IMG/VR virus record: IMGVR_UViG_3300032213_000542
Span: 1,966-65,965 of that record
Strand: one strand, 5' to 3'
Source of the DNA: a virus
Taxonomy: Duplodnaviria > Caudoviricetes
Length of the DNA: 64,000 nucleotides
In this document: positions 44,932 to 54,498 of the stretch, piece after piece
How positions within the stretch are numbered: position 1 is the stretch's first letter
How the letters are laid out: every line of letters begins with the position of its first letter
The notes under the pieces: model-generated
The model's input: the letters and a program-made list of their open reading frames with translations, nothing else
Database searches by the model: none
Told to the model about the DNA's origin: nothing
Made by a program: the position numbers and the translations under genes

Positions 44932-45576
44932 ATGCTGGACCACTTGTTAGATTTCGAGCCCCCTGTGCACGAGCACACGGCGAAGGCTGTTAAGCCCTTG
45001 GAGAAAACTTCCACGGACGAGACACTCAACGCTCAAATCAACACAACCGCATGGCTTGAAAAGCTAGGCGTAGACGATGACGATAAGGCGCTCAAAGAAG
45101 CCAACGCCAAGGCAGCACAGACAGTTTTCACAGCGCTCGCGTCCAACGCGCCGCTGACCGAAACTAAAAATCAGCTCACCCAGATCAAGACGCCAGAGGC
45201 TGTACGCCACTTGGTGGCTATGCTGTCAGCATACGACTGGGAGTTTGTAGAGCAAGCCAAAAACTTGCGCGGCATGGCCGTGGCCAAAATCTTGGAAGAG
45301 ACCAACCACCCTGATGCACGCATCCGGTTGAAAGCGTTGGACATGCTCGGGCGCATCACGGAAGTGGCGCTGTTCACCGAACGCATCGAGGTCAAGAAGA
45401 CAGACATGTCGGACCACGAGATCGACGCCAAGATCAAAGAAAAGCTCAACCGCTTCATGGGCGTGGTGGATGTTGAAGACATCTCCGAAATAGACACACC
45501 ACCCCCAGAAGTTAGTGAGTCCTCACTTAACACACCCACGCCAGATGAACCTGAGCAGCCTCAACCTAACGCCTAA
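44932..45576 (+). CDS. terS: Putative terminase small subunit
   Basis: 'DARIRLKALDMLGRI..VALFTER' helical motif; directly upstream of terL. Confidence 0.65.
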   Translation: MLDHLLDFEPPVHEHTAKAVKPLEKTSTDETLNAQINTTAWLEKLGVDDDDKALKEANAKAAQTVFTALASNAPLTETKNQLTQIKTPEAVRHLVAMLSAYDWEFVEQAKNLRGMAVAKILEETNHPDARIRLKALDMLGRITEVALFTERIEVKKTDMSDHEIDAKIKEKLNRFMGVVDVEDISEIDTPPPEVSESSLNTPTPDEPEQPQPNA

Positions 45577-47083
45577 AGAGGCCAAGGCCCTTCAGCTCGC
45601 ACTCCCGACCATGACGGTCAAGGAGAAGATGGAGTTGATGGACATGCTCGAAGAGCGCGAACGCCGCGCCTCGATGTACGAAGCACGCACCAACATGTTG
45701 GACTTTGCCAAGCATGTGTACCCCGGATTCAAGGTGGGGCCCCAGCACAGGAAGCTGGCCAAGATATTCCAAGACGTGGTTGAGGGCAAGAAAAAGCGCG
45801 TGATCATCAACATCGCGCCACGTATGGGTAAGTCCGAGTTCAGCTCGTACCTGTTCCCAGCGTTCTTTCTAGGTAACTTCCCCAATAAGAAGATCATCAT
45901 GGGCACGCATACTGCAGGTCTGTCCGAAGACTTTGGTCGTCGGGTACGTAACTTGCTCGATATGGAGGAGTACCGTGAAGTCTTTCCAAGCACTCAAATT
46001 GCGGCTGATCAATCGGCTGCTGGCAAATGGTCCACTAGCGCAGGCGGTCAGTACTACGCTGCTGGTGTCGGCGGTGCTCTTGCTGGTAGGGGCGCTGATT
46101 TATTCGTTATTGATGATCCCCACTCTGAGCAGGACGTAAAAATAAATTCGCGTCTAGCGTTTGACACGGCGTGGAACTGGTTCCAAACAGGCCCGTTGCA
46201 GCGTCTGATGCCCGGCGGTGCGATCATCGTCATCATGACGCGGTGGTCAAAGCTGGACCTGACTGGCCGCTTACTGGACTACCAGACCAAAAACGAGGGC
46301 TCCGTGCCGTGGGAGATTGTTGAACTCCCAGCCATCCTGAACGAAGGTACGGACAAAGAGAAATCCCTCTGGCCGGAGCAGTGGCCCCTTGAGACGCTTA
46401 AGTCCACCAAGGCGTCGATTGACCCAAGGTTTTGGAACGCGCAGTACATGCAGCAGCCCACGGCTGACACCTCGGCAATCATCTCTAGGAACTCATGGCG
46501 CATCTGGCAGTCGGACGAACCCCCAGTCTGTGACTACATCATCCAGTCATGGGACACGGCGTTTGAGACCAAGAACAACTCTGACTACTCCGCGTGCACA
46601 ACGTGGGGCGTGTTCTACAACGAGGAAGAGGGCAACGCGCCGCAGGTCATCCTGCTCGATGCGTTTAAAGACCGCATGGCCTTCCCCGAGCTGAAACAAA
46701 TCGCCCTCAAGCACTGGAAGGAGTGGGACCCAGATGCGTTCATCGTGGAAAAGAAGGCGGCTGGAGCGCCGCTGATTCAAGAACTACGCAACATGGGCAT
46801 CCCTGTCCAAGAGTTCAGCCCGTCCCGCGGCAACGACAAAATGGTCCGTGTGAACGCCGTGGCGGACCTGTTCAGCTCAGGTACAGTGTGGGCTCCCGAC
46901 ACAAGATGGGCGCGTGAAGTCATTGAGGAAGTAGCATCCTTCCCTGTTGGCGAGCACGACGACTACGTGGACACGACCTCCCAAGCCCTACTAAGGTTTA
47001 GACAAGGGGGCTTCATTTCTTTAGAATCCGACGAGCCGGACGAGCCAAAGTTCTTCCGCCGTAAGACTCACGCCTACTATTAA
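45545..47083 (+). CDS. terL: Terminase large subunit
   Basis: Walker A 'APRMGKSE', Walker B 'FVIDDP', 'MTRW', nuclease 'SWDTA', 'HDDYVD'. Confidence 0.95.
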   Translation: MNLSSLNLTPKEAKALQLALPTMTVKEKMELMDMLEERERRASMYEARTNMLDFAKHVYPGFKVGPQHRKLAKIFQDVVEGKKKRVIINIAPRMGKSEFSSYLFPAFFLGNFPNKKIIMGTHTAGLSEDFGRRVRNLLDMEEYREVFPSTQIAADQSAAGKWSTSAGGQYYAAGVGGALAGRGADLFVIDDPHSEQDVKINSRLAFDTAWNWFQTGPLQRLMPGGAIIVIMTRWSKLDLTGRLLDYQTKNEGSVPWEIVELPAILNEGTDKEKSLWPEQWPLETLKSTKASIDPRFWNAQYMQQPTADTSAIISRNSWRIWQSDEPPVCDYIIQSWDTAFETKNNSDYSACTTWGVFYNEEEGNAPQVILLDAFKDRMAFPELKQIALKHWKEWDPDAFIVEKKAAGAPLIQELRNMGIPVQEFSPSRGNDKMVRVNAVADLFSSGTVWAPDTRWAREVIEEVASFPVGEHDDYVDTTSQALLRFRQGGFISLESDEPDEPKFFRRKTHAYY

Positions 47084-47091
47084 GGACCAAC

Positions 47092-49674
47092 ATGGCCATC
47101 GACAAATCCCTGTACCAAGCCCCTGTGGGTATTGACGCCCTCGCCCAAGACGAGGAAGCTGTTGAAATCGAGATCGTTGATCCCGAAGAAGTCAACATCC
47201 ACGCCGGCGACCTCGACATTAGTATCCGCCCCGGTGAGGATGAGGAAGGCTTTGGCGACAACTTGGCCGAGTACATGGACGAAGGCGCGATGCAGTCATT
47301 GGCTGGAGAGCTGTCCAGCGCCATCGACCAAGACAAGGCCAGCCGCAAGGACTGGGAAAAAGCCTACACAGAAGGTCTGAAGCTCTTGGGCCTCCAGTAC
47401 GAGGAGCGCACTGAGCCTTGGAACGGCGCATCTGGCGTGTTCCACCCCATGATCACAGAGGCTGTGGTTCGCTTCCAGAGCGAGACCATCACCGAGATGT
47501 TCCCCGCAGCCGGCCCCGTGCGCACAAAGATCGTTGGCAAAGAGACTCCTGAGAAGAAGGATGCCGCGCAGCGCGTTGAGGAAGACTTGAACTACGAGCT
47601 GACTGAAGTCATGCGCGAGTTCCGCCCAGAGCAAGAGCGCATGTTGTGGTCCCTGCCGGCCACCGGCTCTGCGTTCAAGAAGGTCTACTACGATCCCAAT
47701 TTGGGACGTCAGGTGTCGATGTTTGTCCCAGCAGAAGACATCATCCTGCCTTACGGCACGACCGATATGGACACTTGCTACCGCCTGACCCACGTCATGC
47801 GCAAGACCGAGAACGAGATCAAGAAGCTCCAGCAGGCTGGGTTTTACCTCGACTGCGAACTGGGCGAGCCTACGAAAGAAAGCACCGACATCCAGAAGGC
47901 CAAGGACAAAGAGACCGGCTTCAGCGACATTGACGACGATCGTTACACGCTCTTGGAGATTCACGTTGACTTGGACCTCGATGGGTTTAAGGACACGACC
48001 AAGGGCGACGACAGTGAAGAGACAGGCATCGCGCTGCCTTACGTGGTGACGATGGTCAAGGGCACAAACGAGATTTTGGCAATCCGCCGCAACTGGAGAG
48101 AAGATGACAACCTCCGCCTCAAGCGCCAGCACTTCGTACACTATCAGTACATCCCCGGTTTTGGGGCGTATGGCTTCGGTTTGTTCCATCTCATCGGAGG
48201 CTTCGCCAAGTCAGCGACGTCAATCATGCGTCAATTGGTGGACGCTGGAACGCTGTCTAACCTGCCCGGCGGTCTCAAGTCACGGGGACTTCGCATCAAG
48301 GGTGATGACACTCCGATTGCTCCGGGCGAGTGGCGCGACGTAGACGTCGGCTCTGGCAACATGCGCGACAGCATCTTGCCGCTCCCATACAAAGAGCCAA
48401 GCATCGTGTTGTCTGGCTTACTGGACAAGATTGTCGAAGAAGGCCGTCGTTTTGCGGCTTCCGCAGACATGAAAGTGTCGGACATGAGCGCACAAGCGCC
48501 CGTGGGCACGACTTTGGCCATCCTTGAGCGCCAATTGAAGGTCATGACAGCGGTGCAAGCCCGTCTGCACTACGCTTTCAAGCAAGAATTGCGTTTGTTG
48601 GCCGCGATCATCCGCGACTACACCGACCCAGATTACGACTTTGAGCCAGAAGAAGGCAAGCGCACGGCCAAACAGTCCGATTACGCGGCCTGTGACATCA
48701 TCCCAGTGAGCGATCCCAACGCTGCGACCATGTCTCAGCGGGTTGTGCAATACCAAGCGGTCATTCAGATGGCCCAAATGGCCCCTGACATCTACGATTT
48801 ACCCCAGTTGCACCGCAATATGCTGGAAGTCTTGGGCATCAAGAACGCTGACAAGCTGATTCCGCTCGAAGAAGACATGAAACCGAAGGACCCTGTGTCC
48901 GAAAACCAAGATGTTTTGAACTGTGCGCCCCTCAAGGCGTTCATGCACCAAGACCACGAGGCCCATATCAAGGTGCACATGGCGATGGTGCAAGACCCAC
49001 TGGTGCAGCAGTTGGTTGGCCAGAACCCCAAGGCCCCACAGATGCAAGCAGCCCTCATGGCACACATCTCCGAGCACGTTGGATACGCCTACCGCCAGAA
49101 AATCGAGCAGCAACTGGGTATGCCCCTGCCGCCCGAAGACGAAAAGATGCCTCCGCAGGTCGAATTGGCGCTCTCGGCCATGATGGCCCAAGCTGCGAAC
49201 CAAGTTTTGCAGCAAAGCCAAGCGCAAGCGGCCCAACAGCAAGCTCAACAACAGCAACAAGACCCTGTTGTACAAATGCAACAGCAAGAATTGCAGATCA
49301 AAGCACGCGAAGTGGCCATCAAGGAGAAAAAACTCCAAGTCGATGCCGCCGCGCAAGCCGACAAGCTCAAATTGGAAGAAAAGAAGCTGGCTGTGGACGC
49401 TGCGGCCAAGGCAGACCAGCTACGTGCTCAAAATAAAGGCAGTGACCCCGAAACTGAAGCAATCCGTGCACAAACCCAACTGGCCGCGGACCAGCAACGT
49501 GCTCAGTTTCAAGCAGCAGCCGATCAAGCGCGAGCACTCATGGCCGCGCAACAACACAACCAGAGCCTGACTCACAAAGAGCAGGTTCATGAGCAGAACT
49601 TGAGGCACCAACGTGCACAAGCAAAGGCCCGCCTTGAAGCGGCAAAAAAACCACAGGAGAAGCCAACTAAATGA
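47092..49674 (+). CDS. Portal protein with Gln-rich C-terminal coiled coil
   Basis: 860 aa following terL; 'GSAFKKVYYD', 'APVGTTLA'; P22-like Q-rich barrel. Confidence 0.88.
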   Translation: MAIDKSLYQAPVGIDALAQDEEAVEIEIVDPEEVNIHAGDLDISIRPGEDEEGFGDNLAEYMDEGAMQSLAGELSSAIDQDKASRKDWEKAYTEGLKLLGLQYEERTEPWNGASGVFHPMITEAVVRFQSETITEMFPAAGPVRTKIVGKETPEKKDAAQRVEEDLNYELTEVMREFRPEQERMLWSLPATGSAFKKVYYDPNLGRQVSMFVPAEDIILPYGTTDMDTCYRLTHVMRKTENEIKKLQQAGFYLDCELGEPTKESTDIQKAKDKETGFSDIDDDRYTLLEIHVDLDLDGFKDTTKGDDSEETGIALPYVVTMVKGTNEILAIRRNWREDDNLRLKRQHFVHYQYIPGFGAYGFGLFHLIGGFAKSATSIMRQLVDAGTLSNLPGGLKSRGLRIKGDDTPIAPGEWRDVDVGSGNMRDSILPLPYKEPSIVLSGLLDKIVEEGRRFAASADMKVSDMSAQAPVGTTLAILERQLKVMTAVQARLHYAFKQELRLLAAIIRDYTDPDYDFEPEEGKRTAKQSDYAACDIIPVSDPNAATMSQRVVQYQAVIQMAQMAPDIYDLPQLHRNMLEVLGIKNADKLIPLEEDMKPKDPVSENQDVLNCAPLKAFMHQDHEAHIKVHMAMVQDPLVQQLVGQNPKAPQMQAALMAHISEHVGYAYRQKIEQQLGMPLPPEDEKMPPQVELALSAMMAQAANQVLQQSQAQAAQQQAQQQQQDPVVQMQQQELQIKAREVAIKEKKLQVDAAAQADKLKLEEKKLAVDAAAKADQLRAQNKGSDPETEAIRAQTQLAADQQRAQFQAAADQARALMAAQQHNQSLTHKEQVHEQNLRHQRAQAKARLEAAKKPQEKPTK

Positions 49675-49865
49675 TTTCCGACTTCGCACGCGTATTGCGC
49701 GAACAAATACGCAACGATCTGAACAACTATGCTGACGACCTCGCAGGCGGGGTTTGTCAAGATTTTGCCCAGTATCAAAAACTCTGCGGGATTATTCAGG
49801 GTCTAGCCCTTGCAGAGCGTTATTTACTTGACCTTGCCGAGAAAGTGGAGAAAGCAAATGAGTGA
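49671..49865 (+). CDS. Small conserved head-region protein
   Basis: 64 aa 'DFAQYQKLCGIIQGL'. Confidence 0.7.
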   Translation: MISDFARVLREQIRNDLNNYADDLAGGVCQDFAQYQKLCGIIQGLALAERYLLDLAEKVEKANE

Positions 49866-50292
49866 AATCCTATTGCCCCCGGGCATAGCACTACCAGACC
49901 ACATCCAGCCTGTCGATAAGCCAGACGAAGATGCGGACAACGAAACCAAAGCAGGTGCGCTGCCGACCCCCACAGGTTGGAAGCTGCTGTGCGTAGTACC
50001 AGAAGTCGACGAAAAGATTGCCGGTACATCGCTCGATCTCGTCAGAGACACTGCATCCATGCGACAAGAAGAGCACGCCACAACCGTGTTGTTCGTACTT
50101 CGTGTGGGCCCAGACGCGTACAAAGACCCGACCAAGTTCCCCGCAGGCGCGTGGTGCAAGGAAGGCGACTTCGTGCTCGTGCGTACATATTCCGGTACGC
50201 GTTTCAAGATTTTCGGAAAAGAGTTCCGCCTGATCAATGACGATCAAGTGGATGCTGTTGTGCAAGACCCTCGTGGTTTAACCCGCGCATAA
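49858..50292 (+). CDS. groES: GroES-like co-chaperonin
   Basis: 'PTGWKLL...VLRVGPDAY...WCKEGDFVLV..YSGTR.....EFRLINDDQVDAVV'. Confidence 0.85.
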   Translation: MSEILLPPGIALPDHIQPVDKPDEDADNETKAGALPTPTGWKLLCVVPEVDEKIAGTSLDLVRDTASMRQEEHATTVLFVLRVGPDAYKDPTKFPAGAWCKEGDFVLVRTYSGTRFKIFGKEFRLINDDQVDAVVQDPRGLTRA

Positions 50293-50298
50293 GGAGTA

Positions 50299-51246
50299 GT
50301 GATGCCGCCTGACGAATTTAAATTCCCCGACGAAGTCGAAGAAAAGAAGGTCGAAGTCACCACTGATGACGACATCGAAGTCGAAATAGTTGACGACACG
50401 CCTGAGAAGGACCGTGGCCGTAAACCTTTGGACCGTGAGGTCGAAGACCCAACAGATGAGGAGATCGAGAAGTACACACGCGGTGCTCAAGATCGAATCA
50501 AGGAACTCACACATGCTCGTCATGATGAGCGCCGTGCCAAAGAAGCTACTCTGCGCGAAAAGCAAGAACTTGAGCGTCTTACACAACAGTTGCTGGAGGA
50601 GAACAAAAAACTCCGCCAAAACGTCAACACAGGCACTGAACAGTTTGTAGCCCAAGCCAAGACGCTGGCTGAGTCTGAGCTGGAAAAAGCACGCCGTGAG
50701 TACAAGGCCGCACAAGAGTCATTTGACTCCGATGCCATCCTTGCCGCTCAAGAGGCACTTCTCGACGCCAAGATGAAAATGGAGGCAGCGAAAAATTTTC
50801 GTCCAGCCCCTTTACAAGTCGATGAAGATGATGTACAAACTAGCCATCGCGAACCCCAACGCGTACAACCGGACGAAAAAACCTTGCGCTGGCAAGCTAA
50901 AAACCAGTGGTTCGGAGCTGATGGGTTTGAGGAAGTTACCAGCTATGCACTAGGGCTGCACCAAAAGCTAGTGAACTCGGGGACCGACCCAAGGTCTGAT
51001 GAGTACTTCGAGCAGATTGATGCTCGCGTGAAGTCAAAGTTTCCCGAAGTTTTCGGGGAAGTCGACAAGCCTTCGCACGGTGAGTCTTCAAGAAAACCTA
51101 CGTCCGTCGTAGCTCCCGCCACAAGATCGTCGGGGGCTAAAAAAGTCCAACTGACGACAACACAGCTCGCGCTGGCTAAGAAGTTTGGATTGACACCGCA
51201 GCAATACGCTGCACAAGTAGCAAAATTGGAGAATCAAAATGGCTGA
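50299..51246 (+). CDS. Putative capsid scaffolding protein
   Basis: Acidic N-terminus, coiled coil, terminal 'LAKKFGLTPQQYA'; between portal and capsid. Confidence 0.7.
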   Translation: MMPPDEFKFPDEVEEKKVEVTTDDDIEVEIVDDTPEKDRGRKPLDREVEDPTDEEIEKYTRGAQDRIKELTHARHDERRAKEATLREKQELERLTQQLLEENKKLRQNVNTGTEQFVAQAKTLAESELEKARREYKAAQESFDSDAILAAQEALLDAKMKMEAAKNFRPAPLQVDEDDVQTSHREPQRVQPDEKTLRWQAKNQWFGADGFEEVTSYALGLHQKLVNSGTDPRSDEYFEQIDARVKSKFPEVFGEVDKPSHGESSRKPTSVVAPATRSSGAKKVQLTTTQLALAKKFGLTPQQYAAQVAKLENQNG

Positions 51247-51691
51247 AAACCGTACACCCCGTGACTTAGTTTCACGCGAAAAAAATGCTCGCGCAGTCTA
51301 TGTACCGCCGACATCTCTGCCCGATCCGACACCTGAGCCCGGAGTTGTGTTTCGCTGGATTGCGACGCACGTTCTAGGACAGGCGGACCCCACCAACGTG
51401 TCTCGTAAGATGCGCGAAGGTTGGGAACCTGTGAAGGCAGAAGACCATCCGGAGTTGCAACTGTTCGGTAATGAAAAGACCGGGAACGTGGAAATTGGTG
51501 GCCTCATGTTATGCAAGATGTCCATCGAAAAAGCGCAAGCCCGTGATGATTATTACAACGCGCAGGCGCAAAATCAGATGGATTCAGTGGACAACCACTT
51601 CATGCGAAACAACGATCCTCGTATGCCTTTGTTCAGCGATCGCAAGTCAACGAACACTCGCGGAGGGGGTTTTGGTTCAGGTTCTAAGTAA
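51239..51691 (+). CDS. Conserved head-region protein
   Basis: 150 aa 'FRWIA...NVSRKMREGWEPV...GGLMLCKM'. Confidence 0.7.
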   Translation: MAENRTPRDLVSREKNARAVYVPPTSLPDPTPEPGVVFRWIATHVLGQADPTNVSRKMREGWEPVKAEDHPELQLFGNEKTGNVEIGGLMLCKMSIEKAQARDDYYNAQAQNQMDSVDNHFMRNNDPRMPLFSDRKSTNTRGGGFGSGSK

Positions 51692-51706
51692 ACAAGGAGT
51701 CCTTAA

Positions 51707-52309
51707 ATGGCAACAACCGCTTCTCCCTACGGTCTAAAACCCGTAAATCGCGTTGATGGAATGCCTTATGCTGGTGCAACTCAGACTTTTCTGATTGACC
51801 CTGCTGGCGAAGCCACCAACATTTTTAACGGCCAAGTCGTTATCATTGGTGCAGATGGCTATTTGGCTATCTCTACTGCTACCGGCGCTGACATCACGAC
51901 CAATAACCTCGGTGGTAACGGCGTGGGCGCTATCGGCGTGTTCGTTGGTTGCGAGTATGTGAATGCTCAAGGCCAAGTGATCAACAGCCAATACTATCCT
52001 TCGGGCACAACTGGTGTGGTCACTGCTAAGGTCGTTACTGACCCTAACGTCGTGTTCCAAGCTCAGTTGGACGGCTCTGCCGCTCAAACTGCTTTGGGTA
52101 CCAACACCTTCTTTGCCGCTGTGCAGAGCACCAGCACTGGTTCTACCACTACTGGCAACTCTACAAGTGCTTTGGAGTCTACTGTTGTGACAACCGCCGC
52201 CGCCTTCCGTATTGTTGGTTTTGCCTCCGGCCCCGGCGACAATTTCACAGACGTGTTGGTGAAGTTCAACCCAAGTGCTCACAGCTATTTGAACGCTGTT
52301 GGTCTGTAA
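51707..52309 (+). CDS. Putative capsid decoration/cement protein
   Basis: 200 aa beta-rich, strong RBS, immediately before the major capsid gene. Confidence 0.6.
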   Translation: MATTASPYGLKPVNRVDGMPYAGATQTFLIDPAGEATNIFNGQVVIIGADGYLAISTATGADITTNNLGGNGVGAIGVFVGCEYVNAQGQVINSQYYPSGTTGVVTAKVVTDPNVVFQAQLDGSAAQTALGTNTFFAAVQSTSTGSTTTGNSTSALESTVVTTAAAFRIVGFASGPGDNFTDVLVKFNPSAHSYLNAVGL

Positions 52310-52322
52310 GGAGTAATTAAAC

Positions 52323-53252
52323 ATGGCTATTTCACGCGCACAACTGCTCAAAGAATTGCTGCCCGGCCTGAACGCTTTGTTCGGCATGGAGTACGCACGC
52401 TACGGCGAAGAGCACAAGGAAATCTACGAGACAGAGAAATCTGAGCGTAGCTTTGAAGAAGAAACCAAGTTGGCCGGCTTCGGTGCAGCTCCTGTTAAGA
52501 ACGAAGGTTCTGCCATTGCTTATGACAATGCGCAAGAAGCGTTCACAGCACGCTACAACCACGAAACCATCGCCTTGGGCTTCTCGATCACTGAAGAAGC
52601 TGTTGAAGACAACTTGTACGACAGCCTGTCTGCTCGTTACACCAAGTCTTTGGCTCGCGCTATGGCTTACACCAAGCAAGTTAAAGCTGCCGCTGTTATC
52701 AACAACGGTTTCAGCCAGAACTACCTTGGCGGCGACGGCGTGTCTTTGTTCGGTGTTAACTCCAGCGGCACTCGCGTCGGTCACCCACTGATCAACGGCG
52801 GCGTTAACTACAACAGCCCGACTGTTGCTGTTGACTTGAACGAAACTTCGTTGGAAAACGCTGTGATTCAGATCGCTGCGTGGACTGATGAACGCGGTCT
52901 GTTGATCGCTGCTAAGCCTGTCAAGATGGTGATCCCACCAGCTTTGATGTTCGTGGCTAAGCGTTTGCTCGACACCGAGTTGCGCGTTTCTACTGCTGAC
53001 AACGACATCAACGCGTTGAAGCAAATGGGCGCTATCCCCGGTGGCTACACCGTCAACCACTTCTTGACCGACAGCAATGCTTGGTTCTTGACGACTGACG
53101 TGCCAAACGGCTTGAAGCACTTCGAGCGTTCGCCTTTGACTAACAGCATGGACGGTGACTTTGACACTGGCAACGTGCGTTACAAGGCTCGCGAGCGTTA
53201 CAGCTTCGGCTGGTCTGATCCCCTCGGTATGTGGGGTTCTGCTGGCGCTTAA
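52323..53252 (+). CDS. Major capsid protein
   Basis: 'MAISRAQLLKELLPGLNALFG...DFDTGNVRYKARERYSFGWSDP'; strong codon bias, RBS, followed by a terminator. Confidence 0.92.
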   Translation: MAISRAQLLKELLPGLNALFGMEYARYGEEHKEIYETEKSERSFEEETKLAGFGAAPVKNEGSAIAYDNAQEAFTARYNHETIALGFSITEEAVEDNLYDSLSARYTKSLARAMAYTKQVKAAAVINNGFSQNYLGGDGVSLFGVNSSGTRVGHPLINGGVNYNSPTVAVDLNETSLENAVIQIAAWTDERGLLIAAKPVKMVIPPALMFVAKRLLDTELRVSTADNDINALKQMGAIPGGYTVNHFLTDSNAWFLTTDVPNGLKHFERSPLTNSMDGDFDTGNVRYKARERYSFGWSDPLGMWGSAGA

Positions 53253-53264
53253 TTGCACGGCACG

Positions 53265-53293
53265 AGAAAAGGAGCTTCGGCTCCTTTTCTTTT
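53265..53293 (+). terminator. Rho-independent terminator after the capsid gene
   Basis: AGAAAAGGAGC-TTCG-GCTCCTTTTCT-TTT. Confidence 0.88.
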
Positions 53294-53321
53294 ACTTAAA
53301 TCAGGTGTATATTTGCACCAT

Positions 53322-53394
53322 CTCGGGATTTCCGGGGCGTATGACTGACCGAGCAGACGACATGCAGACTACGCCCTTAACTTGCATGTAAGGA
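53322..53394 (+). ncRNA. Candidate structured cis-regulatory RNA (pseudoknotted leader)
   Basis: Three interleaved complementary pairs: CTCGG/CCGAG, GGGCGTA/TACGCCC, ACATGCA/TGCATGT, ending at the AAGGA RBS. Confidence 0.5.
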
Positions 53395-53401
53395 CATTGA
53401 C

Positions 53402-53941
53402 ATGGCACGCACTACTTTTCAAGGCCCAGTACGTTCATTGGGCGGCATCTATCAACAAGGCCCCGCCTCTGTTGTTGACATCACTTCTAGCACTACGTTG
53501 AACCCTGTGGATCACGGCGGTCGCATCCTCACAGTTGGCGGCTCTTTGGCCGCTGCTTTGACACTGACTTTGCCTTCGATCAACGTGAGCACCAACGCAG
53601 TGACTTCTGGCCCCGGCCAAGACCCCAACACTTTGAACAACGAAGGCGTTGTTTACACAATCTGGGTTCCAACAACCATCAGCACCAGCTCTTTGAAGAT
53701 TGGTACAGACGGCACTGACAAGTTTGTCGGTTCTGTGATTTCTGTGGACACAGACACTTCCGGCGCTGTGGTGGGCTTTACTGCTGGCGCATCAAACGAC
53801 TTCATCAACTTGAACGGCACCACAACTGGTGGCGTTGCAGGTACTTGGATTCAGATCGTTGCCGTGGCCGCAAACAAGTACATGGTGACAGGTACCGTGA
53901 ACGGTTCCGGTATTGTTGCCACACCTTTTGCTGACGCTTAA
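53402..53941 (+). CDS. Putative virion structural protein
   Basis: 179 aa Thr/Gly/Val-rich, 'MARTTFQGPVRS'. Confidence 0.65.
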   Translation: MARTTFQGPVRSLGGIYQQGPASVVDITSSTTLNPVDHGGRILTVGGSLAAALTLTLPSINVSTNAVTSGPGQDPNTLNNEGVVYTIWVPTTISTSSLKIGTDGTDKFVGSVISVDTDTSGAVVGFTAGASNDFINLNGTTTGGVAGTWIQIVAVAANKYMVTGTVNGSGIVATPFADA

Positions 53942-53949
53942 TTGATCTC

Positions 53950-53965
53950 GGGGGCTTCGGCCCCC
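53950..53965 (+). other. GC hairpin with UUCG tetraloop, no U-tract
   Basis: GGGGGC-TTCG-GCCCCC; identical to 25536-25551 (-). Confidence 0.7.
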
Positions 53966-53985
53966 ACTAAACAAGGAGATTTATT

Positions 53986-54495
53986 ATGACAATGCAAACC
54001 GACGTAAAACAGGCGCACTTAAACACGTCTGGTTTTTTAGTTCTTGGTAGAAACCGTGTTCGCGGAATTTCTTTTGTTGGCTCGGCGACCGCTGGGTATG
54101 TAACACTGTTTGACACAGCAACAGCCCCAGTTACTACAGCGACTTACGGACGTTCGGGCACAACAATTACAGTTTCAGCAACTGGTCACGGGCTTTCAAC
54201 AGGCGACCAGATCGGGGCTGACTTTGCTGCTGGTACAGGCGGCACAGGCACTAACGGCAACTACATTGTTACCGTAACCAACGCAAACACTTTTACAGTG
54301 ACCGACATTAACTCTGGCAGTATTACTGCTGGGGCGTCTATGGTTTACGCCAGCCGTTGGTTGTTGACGTATGACGTGGCTGCTAGCGACACATTTAACA
54401 ACGCACCGTTTATTCCAGCAGAAGGTGTACTGGCGTTGAATGGTGTGTATGCGCAGGTTTCCAACGTAGTAGCAGTAAACATTTACTACGGCTAA
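53986..54495 (+). CDS. Putative virion protein
   Basis: 169 aa 'MQTDVK...YYG' with an inserted 'TITVSATGHGLSTGD...NTFTV' module also seen in the 7487 gene. Confidence 0.65.
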   Translation: MTMQTDVKQAHLNTSGFLVLGRNRVRGISFVGSATAGYVTLFDTATAPVTTATYGRSGTTITVSATGHGLSTGDQIGADFAAGTGGTGTNGNYIVTVTNANTFTVTDINSGSITAGASMVYASRWLLTYDVAASDTFNNAPFIPAEGVLALNGVYAQVSNVVAVNIYYG

Positions 54496-54498
54496 GTC

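Noticed and set aside
44511-44943. Track ORFs in the divergence region
   Set aside because: No RBS, overlap terminator and palindromes, atypical composition; region read as non-coding
52332-53258. 308-aa ORF antisense to the major capsid gene (and similar long antisense ORFs over portal, pol, peptidase and the 2507-aa gene)
   Set aside because: Mirror frames kept open by strong codon bias of the sense gene; no RBS or recognisable motifs
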